Source: an uncultured Dehalococcoidaceae bacterium
GTDB taxonomy: Bacteria > Chloroflexota > Dehalococcoidia > Dehalococcoidales > RBG-16-60-22
DNA: 34,142 nucleotides
Direction of reading: 5' to 3'
Assembly (NCBI GenBank): GCA_964514525.1
Contig: CAZEUJ010000002.1
Location: 1 to 34,142 of the forward strand
The translations under genes were made by a program, and so were the position numbers. Position 1 is the first letter of the stretch. Each line of letters opens with the position of its first letter. The notes beneath the pieces are model-generated. The model was not told the origin of the DNA. It saw only the letters and a list, made by a program, of their open reading frames with translations, and ran no database searches. Shown here in pieces: positions 27,362 through 34,142 of the stretch.

Positions 27362-28711
27362 GTGAAAACGTCATCGGTGGCCAGTAAAAACCACACCACC
27401 CCCGGTACTACCAGAATGACAATGGAAACCTTATCCAGAAACGAAGCTGAAGAACCTCCCAGTAAAACTCCAGTCCCTAAAAGTATCGATGACGAACCTC
27501 CCGGTAAAAGCGCTGCCGGAAGATTTGGACTGTTCGGGAACGTACCGGATAGTTCCTGGAATGATTGGAAGTGGCACTTCCGTAACCGCATCACTACCGT
27601 TGACCAGCTCAGCCAGCTGGTGCCGCTATCGATTGAGGAAAAAGCGCAAATCGAAATGGTTTGCCAGCGTTATCCTCTCGCCATCACCCCTTACTACCTG
27701 TCGCTCATTAACCCCGACGACCCCAATGACCCCGTAAGGAAACAGGCGATACCTTCTATTCTTGAGATTTCCATGAGCGATATCGGTATGGAAGACCCCC
27801 TGGCCGAAAAAGAGGACTCGGTTGTCCCCGGCCTCGTGCACCGCTATCCTGATAGGGTGTTGATGGTCCTCACGGATATCTGTCCCATGCTCTGCCGTCA
27901 CTGTACCCGCAAGCGCGAATGGCGGCACGGCGGCTGGGTGCGGCCTTTTAGCGAGATTGAAGCCATGCTGGACTATTTACGCCGGAACACTAAAGTAAGG
28001 GATGTCATTATCTCCGGCGGCGACCCCCTGACGCTTTCGACCGCTCACCTGGAGATCATTATATCTAAGATACGGGAAATCAAGCACATCGAAATCATAC
28101 GTATCGGCAGCCGGTTCCCCGTGGTGTTGCCGCAACGTATTGATGCCGAACTCTGTGACATGCTCTCGAAGCACGGCCCGATATGGTTTAACACCCACTT
28201 CAACCACCCCCGTGAGATCACCCCGGAGGCGGCCGCCGCCTGCGACCGCTTGCTACGCGCCGGCGTGCCGGTGAATAACCAGTCGGTATTGCTGCGGGGC
28301 ATCAACGATAGTGTTCAGACGCAGCTTAAACTCTGCCAGGGTTTACTCAAGGCTAAAGTGCGTCCGTATTACCTCTTCCAGTGTGATGAGGTTCAGGGTA
28401 CGGAACATCTCCGCACCCCGATAGAAGTGGGTATAAAAATTATTGAAGGTATGCGCGGGCATACCTCCGGCCTGGCCGTCCCCAACTTCGTCGTGGACCT
28501 GGTTAACGGCGGTGGCAAGGTGCCTTTACAGCCGAACTACGTGCTATCGATGACCAAAGACGAACTGCTGTTGAAGAACTACGAGGGTAAGGTCTTCCGT
28601 TATCGTAATCCGAATTCGTCAAGCCGCCGGGAAAACGTTGTCAAGAATCCCTCGGTTAGCGGCGTCGTGGATAAACTTCTGGCGGATGCCAATTTGCCGG
28701 TAAAGGTTTAA
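27362..28711 (+). CDS. KamA-family radical SAM aminomutase (lysine 2,3-aminomutase-like) with a low-complexity N-terminal extension of about 60 aa
   Basis: CPMLCRHCTRK (CxxxCxxC). W-rich KamA N-terminal box (WNDWKWHFRNRI). NNQSVLLRGIND, PYYLFQCD and GHTSGLAVPNFVVD motifs as I remember them from KamA/AblA. The start is uncertain: GTG at 27362 or ATG at 27416. Confidence 0.9.
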   Translation: MKTSSVASKNHTTPGTTRMTMETLSRNEAEEPPSKTPVPKSIDDEPPGKSAAGRFGLFGNVPDSSWNDWKWHFRNRITTVDQLSQLVPLSIEEKAQIEMVCQRYPLAITPYYLSLINPDDPNDPVRKQAIPSILEISMSDIGMEDPLAEKEDSVVPGLVHRYPDRVLMVLTDICPMLCRHCTRKREWRHGGWVRPFSEIEAMLDYLRRNTKVRDVIISGGDPLTLSTAHLEIIISKIREIKHIEIIRIGSRFPVVLPQRIDAELCDMLSKHGPIWFNTHFNHPREITPEAAAACDRLLRAGVPVNNQSVLLRGINDSVQTQLKLCQGLLKAKVRPYYLFQCDEVQGTEHLRTPIEVGIKIIEGMRGHTSGLAVPNFVVDLVNGGGKVPLQPNYVLSMTKDELLLKNYEGKVFRYRNPNSSSRRENVVKNPSVSGVVDKLLADANLPVKV

Positions 28712-28721
28712 GGAGAGGTAG

Positions 28722-29723
28722 ATGCGGATCGGGTTATCGTTTGACCTTAAAGCGGCGGTAGAGGGTCGCCTCACCGCCGAAGACGCGCTGGAAGAATACG
28801 ATTCCCCGGAAACGGTGGAGATGATATCGGCGGCCCTCAAGTCGAAAGGGCATACCGTCGTCAGGCTGGGGGGCGGCCCGCATTTTCTTGATAATATCCG
28901 TCGCGAGAGCGTTGATATCGTCTTTAACATCGCCGAAGGCCGCGGTACCTACCGCAGTCGGGAGGCTCAGGTGCCGGCCGTCCTGGAGATGCTGGATATT
29001 CCCTATACCGGCTCTGACCCTCTGACGCTGGCGGTGTGTCTTGATAAACCGCTGACCAAGAAGCTGGTAGCGGCGGAGGGTATCAGCACCCCCGGGTGGC
29101 TGGTAATTGCCGGCGGGGAAGATTTACGCCGGGCGCCCTGGGAAAAGCTGACCTTCCCGGTCATTATCAAGCCGGCCTCAGAAGGTTCGAGCAAGGGCAT
29201 CCGCCTGACTTCTCTCGCGACCAATATCCCACAGGCGGAAGCGGAAATCCGCCGGATTCTGGATGGTTACCGCCAGCCGGTCATGGTGGAAGAGTTCATC
29301 GACGGCGAAGAGGTAACCGTGGGCATCGTCGGGAACTCGCCGCCCAAAATTGTGGGTATGATGCGCGTCGTGCCGAAAAAACCGGTCGAGCATTTCGTCT
29401 ATTCGCTGGAGGTCAAGCGCGACTACGTTAATCTGGTCGACTATGAAACTCCCGCCCGGCTGTCTATAAATACCCTCGAAAAGATGGAGCATTTCAGTCT
29501 TAAAGCCTTTAAGACGCTCGGCTGCCGCGACTTTTCCCGCGTTGACTTCCGTGTCAGCCGCGATGGTACGCCCTACTTTATTGAAATCAATCCCCTCCCC
29601 GGACTCGGGAGCTACAGCGACCTCGTCATCATGGCGCTGATGCTGGGCTGGACTTACGAAGCGTTAATCGGTACCGTGCTTGATGCCGCTATAGAGAGGT
29701 ACCCGCAATGTGTGCGCGTATAG
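28722..29723 (+). CDS. ATP-grasp ligase, D-alanine--D-alanine ligase-like (1)
   Basis: AAGGAGAGG RBS 10 nt after the upstream stop. Ddl-like layout: GxxGEDG-type loop replaced by IAEGRGTYRSREAQVPAVLEMLDIPYTGS, DKPLTKKL, VIIKPASEGSSKGI, MVEEFIDGEEVTV, FIEINPLPG. Confidence 0.85.
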   Translation: MRIGLSFDLKAAVEGRLTAEDALEEYDSPETVEMISAALKSKGHTVVRLGGGPHFLDNIRRESVDIVFNIAEGRGTYRSREAQVPAVLEMLDIPYTGSDPLTLAVCLDKPLTKKLVAAEGISTPGWLVIAGGEDLRRAPWEKLTFPVIIKPASEGSSKGIRLTSLATNIPQAEAEIRRILDGYRQPVMVEEFIDGEEVTVGIVGNSPPKIVGMMRVVPKKPVEHFVYSLEVKRDYVNLVDYETPARLSINTLEKMEHFSLKAFKTLGCRDFSRVDFRVSRDGTPYFIEINPLPGLGSYSDLVIMALMLGWTYEALIGTVLDAAIERYPQCVRV

Positions 29724-30787
29724 CCGTCGTCTATAACGAGCCGAACCCGTCGCGCTATGACCGTACCCATGAACAGAAAGCGGTTGTCGGCGTTCTAGAA
29801 GCCGTAGAAGCGGTCCGCACATCTATACTTGAGCTGGACTATGAAGTGGTCCTTTTACCGCTGGTACCGCCTTTTGAGACGGCCAGGCGGAAGCTGGCAT
29901 CTCTGGAAGTCGCCCTGGTCTTCAATCTTTTCGAAGGTTTTTGCGGCGAGCCGGAAACGGAAGCCCTGGTGCCGGAAGCCTTGACAGAACTGGGGATACC
30001 ATTTACTGGTTGCCAGGCTGCGGTGCTCAGGCTTGGCCTGGATAAAGCCAAGGTCAAGGTGTTGCTCCAGGCCGCTGGCATTCCCACGGCGGACTTTCAA
30101 TTGCTTAACCCTGAGACGTTACATATGTTTCGCCTCGATTATCCCTGCATTGTCAAACCACGTGCCGATGATGCCAGTAACGGTATCACCGCGGATAGCG
30201 TGGTCCAGGATTTCCCTTCGCTGGCAAGGCAAGTGAACGTCATCGCAGAGTCTTACGGCGGTAACGCTCTGGTGGAACGGTTTATTGGCGGATGTGAGTT
30301 CAACGCCACGGTTATGGGCAACTCCGAATTTATCGTATTACCTGTGTCTGAAATCGTTTATTCATTATCACCGGGGTTGCCTCGCATCCTAAATTTTGAA
30401 GCCAAATGGGAGGAGGACAGCGTCTATTTTCAGGGCACCAAGGTTGTTTGTCCGGCGGAGATTGAACCTAGGGAGCGTGAATGCATTGCCGAGACAGCCT
30501 TGGCAGCTTACAGATTACTTGGTTGTAGCGGATACGCCCGGGTGGATATGCGCATGGACGAGGCAGGGGAACTTAATGTAATGGAGGTCAATCCCAATCC
30601 GGATATCTCGCCGGGTACCGGCGCGGCCCGGCAGGCTCTGGCGGCCGGTATGAATTATACACAGTTCATTGATAAGATTGTTAAACTGGCTCTGGAGAAG
30701 AAAAATTATGACCGTCGGCATCCGCCCCATGGTCGCCGGGGACAAACCGGCGCTGATGCAAATACTGCGGAATACGCCCGAATTTAA
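29708..30787 (+). CDS. ATP-grasp ligase, D-alanine--D-alanine ligase-like (2)
   Basis: ATG overlaps the upstream stop by 16 nt. ELGIPFTGC, DKAKVKVLL, CIVKPRADDASNGI, LVERFIGGCEFNATV and VMEVNPNPD match the ATP-grasp core. The last 26 or so residues overlap the next gene and look low-complexity. Confidence 0.85.
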   Translation: MCARIAVVYNEPNPSRYDRTHEQKAVVGVLEAVEAVRTSILELDYEVVLLPLVPPFETARRKLASLEVALVFNLFEGFCGEPETEALVPEALTELGIPFTGCQAAVLRLGLDKAKVKVLLQAAGIPTADFQLLNPETLHMFRLDYPCIVKPRADDASNGITADSVVQDFPSLARQVNVIAESYGGNALVERFIGGCEFNATVMGNSEFIVLPVSEIVYSLSPGLPRILNFEAKWEEDSVYFQGTKVVCPAEIEPRERECIAETALAAYRLLGCSGYARVDMRMDEAGELNVMEVNPNPDISPGTGAARQALAAGMNYTQFIDKIVKLALEKKNYDRRHPPHGRRGQTGADANTAEYARI

Positions 30788-31184
30788 GCCTTTTGAGGTG
30801 GCGGTGGCGGAGGAGGTCATCGACGCCTATCTTAACGACCCCGAAGGCACCGGTTACTTTACCCTTGTCGCTGAGGACGGTGGTGAAATTGCGGGTTATA
30901 TCTGCTATGGCGAAACGCCGTGTACCGTGGGAACCTGGGATATATATTGGATAGCGGTAGACCGCTCAAAGCGCAGGCGGGGTATCGGTAAAATCCTTTC
31001 GGATACGGCGGAAGCGGCGATAAAGAAAGCCGGGGGCAGGTTGGCTATTATCGAAACGTCATCGACGCCGCTTTACGAAAATACCAGGAACTTTTATCTC
31101 CGCCGCGGCTATGAGACCGTCGCCCGCATCCCTGATTTTTATACCCCCGGCGACGATAAACTTATCCTGCGGAAACGGCTATAA
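30708..31184 (+). CDS. GNAT-family N-acetyltransferase (158 aa)
   Basis: GGAGAAG RBS 7 nt before the ATG at 30708 (MTVGIRPMVAGD). Motif A: VDRSKRRRGIGKIL. The track start at 30669 has no RBS. Confidence 0.85.
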   Translation: MTVGIRPMVAGDKPALMQILRNTPEFKPFEVAVAEEVIDAYLNDPEGTGYFTLVAEDGGEIAGYICYGETPCTVGTWDIYWIAVDRSKRRRGIGKILSDTAEAAIKKAGGRLAIIETSSTPLYENTRNFYLRRGYETVARIPDFYTPGDDKLILRKRL

Positions 31185-31226
31185 TATTATTAGCCGGAAT
31201 TCCATTCTGGGAGGCGATGCTTTAAC

Positions 31227-31823
31227 GTGTCCTGGCAAAATTTCGTCTTGACCTTTGTGCCGCTGTTCATCGTTATCGATGCCTTCGGCAACCTGCCTTT
31301 TGTCATCTCTATGGGCGAGGGCAGGGAGAAACCGGAACGCCGCCGGATGGTCCACCTGGCTATCATTACCGCCACTATCGTCGGGCTGGTCTTCCTCTTC
31401 TTCGGGCAGTTTATCCTGGATGTGATGGATATTGACGTGGGTTCTTTCGCCATCGCTGGCGGGATTATTCTGCTGGTGCTTTCTATCAAATATATGACCA
31501 CCGGCCATATGGTCGATATGGTTAGTAAAGAAATGCTCGCGGTGGTCCCCATCGGCACGCCGCTGACGGTCGGCCCCGCTACCATAACCACCCTGATTCT
31601 CCTGGCGCTGCAATACAATATCTATATGGTGCTCATTTCCTTCGCTCTGAATATGTTGATTACCTGGGTTATTTTCCTCCTGAGCCACTGGATTGCCGGT
31701 TTCATGGGGGAGGGGGGCATCCGGGCGACTTCCCGCGTCTTCAGCCTGCTGCTCGCCGCCATCGCCGTGAGTATGATTATTAATGGATTAAATCGTATCG
31801 GCATTATTAATACGATAGGCTGA
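31227..31823 (+). CDS. MarC-family (UPF0056) integral membrane protein
   Basis: N-terminal FVPLFIVIDAFGNLPFV and PIGTPLTVGPATITT motifs, about 6 hydrophobic segments, 198 aa. Confidence 0.82.
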   Translation: MSWQNFVLTFVPLFIVIDAFGNLPFVISMGEGREKPERRRMVHLAIITATIVGLVFLFFGQFILDVMDIDVGSFAIAGGIILLVLSIKYMTTGHMVDMVSKEMLAVVPIGTPLTVGPATITTLILLALQYNIYMVLISFALNMLITWVIFLLSHWIAGFMGEGGIRATSRVFSLLLAAIAVSMIINGLNRIGIINTIG

Positions 31824-31889
31824 ATGACCTGAATGGTCTCGTTTCTAGTATTGAGCTGACAGGATTTTTAACAAAATTTTTAGCCTTAT

Positions 31890-33128
31890 ATGATTTCCAT
31901 CATTACCCTGGCTGCTGTTTTTCTGCTTATCGCCGTCCGCCGGGTCGGCAATATCAAACTCCAGATTTGGCAGATAATGCTGCTGGGGGCCCTGGTCGTC
32001 CTGGTTTCCAGGGAAATATCTCCGCTGGATGCCCTTAAGGCGATTAACGCCGACGTTATGCTTTTCTTATTCTGCGTTTTCACCATCGGCCAGGCGATGG
32101 AAGACAGCGGCTATCTCGGCCACCTTGCCTATCGTTTTTTCGGGAAAGCGCATACGCTGAACGCCCTGGTTCTCCTGATACTTTTCGGCATGGGTCTGCT
32201 CTCGGCGCTGCTTTTAAACGATACGCTGGCCATCATCGGCACGCCCGTTGTCCTGGCCCTGGCGAGCAAGGCTGATACTCAGCCCAAAATCCTCCTGCTT
32301 TCCCTGGCTTTTGCCGTGACCATCGGCAGCGTGATGAGCCCCATCGGCAATCCTCAAAACCTGTTGATAGCCATCCACGGCAACGTGACAAATCCCTTCG
32401 TTACTTTCTTTAAATATCTCATGTTGCCGACCCTGGTGAACCTCGGTATAGCTTATGGTCTATTAAGGCTGTTCTACCGCGAGCATTTTCACGGTCGCCC
32501 CCTGGTGCATCCCATCGAGCCGATAAAGGACGCCAGGCTGGCGTTATTAGCTAGGATTTCTCTGATAATAATGGTGGTTTTAATACTGGTAAAGATATTG
32601 CTGGTGTTCATTGTACCGGATATTGATTTCAAGCTGACCTATATCGCCCTGGCTGCGGCGTTGCCGATTTTTCTTTTTATTCCCCGTCGGCCGGGTATAC
32701 TAAAGCGAATCGACTGGTTTACCCTGGTCTTCTTTGCGGCCATGTTCGTCCTGATGCAGAGCGTCTGGGACTCCGGCTATTTCCAGAAAGCTATTGCCTC
32801 GACGGATATCGATTTGAATTCGACGGGCATGATTCTGGGTGTGAGTATTCTCCTGAGTCAGGTTCTTTCCAATGTCCCTTTGGTGGCCCTTTACCTGCCG
32901 GTGCTGATCCATGCCGGTGCTTCAACTGCGGGCATGATGGCGCTGGCGGCGGGGAGCACTATCGCCGGTAACCTGACCATCCTTGGCGCCGCCAGCAATA
33001 TTATCATCATCCAAAACGCGGAAAAGAGAGGCGGCGCCACCCTGACCTTTCTGGAATTTGTTAAAATTGGCGTGCCGCTGACGATTTTGAATGTGGCTGT
33101 CTACTGGCTGTTCCTGATGATATTCTGA
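31890..33128 (+). CDS. ArsB/NhaD-superfamily (SLC13/citrate-transporter-like) anion permease
   Basis: 412-aa polytopic protein. SPIGNPQNLLI and TILGAASNIII hairpin-like motifs are typical of this permease superfamily. Confidence 0.72.
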   Translation: MISIITLAAVFLLIAVRRVGNIKLQIWQIMLLGALVVLVSREISPLDALKAINADVMLFLFCVFTIGQAMEDSGYLGHLAYRFFGKAHTLNALVLLILFGMGLLSALLLNDTLAIIGTPVVLALASKADTQPKILLLSLAFAVTIGSVMSPIGNPQNLLIAIHGNVTNPFVTFFKYLMLPTLVNLGIAYGLLRLFYREHFHGRPLVHPIEPIKDARLALLARISLIIMVVLILVKILLVFIVPDIDFKLTYIALAAALPIFLFIPRRPGILKRIDWFTLVFFAAMFVLMQSVWDSGYFQKAIASTDIDLNSTGMILGVSILLSQVLSNVPLVALYLPVLIHAGASTAGMMALAAGSTIAGNLTILGAASNIIIIQNAEKRGGATLTFLEFVKIGVPLTILNVAVYWLFLMIF

Positions 33129-33137
33129 GGCAGCTTT

Positions 33138-33449
33138 TCAGACGATATCCGCCCGGGTCTTCAACCAGATAATCCTGCCGGTGACGCTTCGGGCTGCCTG
33201 TCCCCGGGTAGTGCAGTTAAGCAGGTCTTTCGCTATCTTCTCGTCACCGATGACGTCCCTGACCCAGTTGCTGAAGTCGGTTTTGGTCTCATTTGAATGA
33301 TATCGGAAAGTTTCTTCGGCCATCTGCTCCAGGGCTGTTTTCAGTTCCTCCAGGTTCTTCAGAAATCTGCCGTCATGGCACCAGAATCGCTTTTCTTTGG
33401 GTATGTCTCCCAATCTTGCTTTCGCCGCTGACTTCGATACACTCACCAT
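33138..33449 (-). CDS. Hypothetical protein, possibly DUF5752-like
   Basis: 103 aa. The pattern FWCHDGRFLKNLEELKTALEQMAEETFRYH...DFSNWVRDVIGD resembles a small helical domain I recall as DUF5752. GGAGGTGGTG RBS. Confidence 0.5.
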   Translation of the reverse strand: MVSVSKSAAKARLGDIPKEKRFWCHDGRFLKNLEELKTALEQMAEETFRYHSNETKTDFSNWVRDVIGDEKIAKDLLNCTTRGQAARSVTGRIIWLKTRADIV

Positions 33450-33709
33450 ATCACCACCTCCTGAGTCAGTTTGCGGGGTTAGTATTCGTTTTGCACTATT
33501 GTGCCATTTTTTACGGTGTTAAACAAGTACTTTTTACCCCTTTTTTGACGTAAAATTGTCAGGCTGGCAAGATTTTAAGGAAATTAAACAGGGCGGCTTT
33601 ATACTCCCCGAACTTATCACGGCGGATGAATATTTGTGAAGAATTTCAGAAAAATGCTAGTATATAGCCGGGAGTAAATAGCCCTCTGGCCTGTCAGGAG
33701 AGATCAAGT

Positions 33710-34142
33710 ATGGCTAATACGAAATTCGAAAAACTTCTGGAGCCGGGCCGTATCGGGTCGGTCAAGACCCGCAACCGTATCATTAAGACCGGCGCCGGTA
33801 CGTTTATGTGGCACGAGGACGAAACCCGTATGAACGGCGCTGTCCTGGCTTTTTACGAATCGCTGGCTAGGGGCGGCGTCGGGCTGTTGATTGTCGAATC
33901 GCCCACGATTGACTATCCTTTGGGTGCGCGCTGGCAGCAGCGTTATCGGATTGACGATGACAAGTATATCAAGGGTCTCAGCGAACTTCCTCAGATAATC
34001 CACAAGTACGGTTGTCCCACCTTCATGCAAATGAACCATGACGGCCCCTGGCAGAAGGCGTTACTGGGAATAACGCCCTTCTTTGACGGTCAGCCCATCG
34101 CCGCTTCTCCCGTGGTGATGAAAGCGGAAAACGATTTTCATA
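33710..34142 (+). CDS. NADH:flavin oxidoreductase, Old Yellow Enzyme family (N-terminal 144 codons; continues beyond the window)
   Basis: Missing from the ORF track because no stop lies in the window. AGGAGAG RBS 7 nt before the ATG at 33710. My translation reads MANTKFEKLLEPGRIGSVKTRNRIIKTGAGT...YESLARGGVGLLIVESP...MQMNHDGPW, the typical OYE/2,4-dienoyl-CoA-reductase N-terminal TIM-barrel pattern. Confidence 0.8.
   Translation, partial: MANTKFEKLLEPGRIGSVKTRNRIIKTGAGTFMWHEDETRMNGAVLAFYESLARGGVGLLIVESPTIDYPLGARWQQRYRIDDDKYIKGLSELPQIIHKYGCPTFMQMNHDGPWQKALLGITPFFDGQPIAASPVVMKAENDFH

Noticed and set aside
33704-34039. Minus-strand ORF of 111 aa at the 3' end
   Set aside because: It is antisense to the open plus-strand frame starting at 33710. 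That frame has an RBS and a recognisable OYE-family N-terminus.

Overview
This is a bacterial chromosomal window. Evidence for that: NAD-dependent LigA, bacterial Pth, type I GAPDH, Shine-Dalgarno sites and sigma70-like promoters. The gene content suggests Chloroflexota/Dehalococcoidia, but that is only an inference. Most of the window is housekeeping genes in long minus-strand operons: a LOG-like gene, eno, GNAT, MBL and an HGD-D-like gene, then gap 40 nt further on; pth-ligA; rpe; and a five-gene Liv-type ABC uptake operon followed by two tandem SDR genes.

Two regions stand out. (1) 1-5105: two paralogous tubulin/FtsZ-superfamily GTPases that look CetZ/tubulin-like rather than FtsZ-like. 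One is truncated by the window edge and is missing from the ORF track. They bracket two oppositely oriented genes for Ala/Glu-rich helical repeat proteins: a 741-aa protein built from 25-residue repeats and a 162-aa protein built from 11 x 11-residue repeats. Each of the four genes has its own near-consensus promoter. This is my best candidate for an undescribed cytoskeletal module. (2) 26828-33128: a wHTH regulator transcribed divergently from an operon encoding a KamA-type radical-SAM aminomutase, two Ddl-like ATP-grasp ligases, a GNAT, a MarC-family protein and an ArsB/NhaD-type permease. This looks like an expanded beta-amino-acid (AblAB-like) pathway with an unknown product.

Other observations: a family of nested G/C-tract palindromic interspersed repeats (three long copies plus a hairpin-only copy that acts as a terminator); an orphan promoter-to-terminator unit of about 210 nt upstream of rpe (candidate sRNA or micro-ORF); a long intercistronic stem-loop in the ABC operon; and a second partial CDS (OYE-family flavin oxidoreductase) at the 3' edge that is also missing from the ORF track. 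I saw no rRNA, tRNA, CRISPR array, transposase or integrase. All family calls come from motif recognition by eye. No searches were run.
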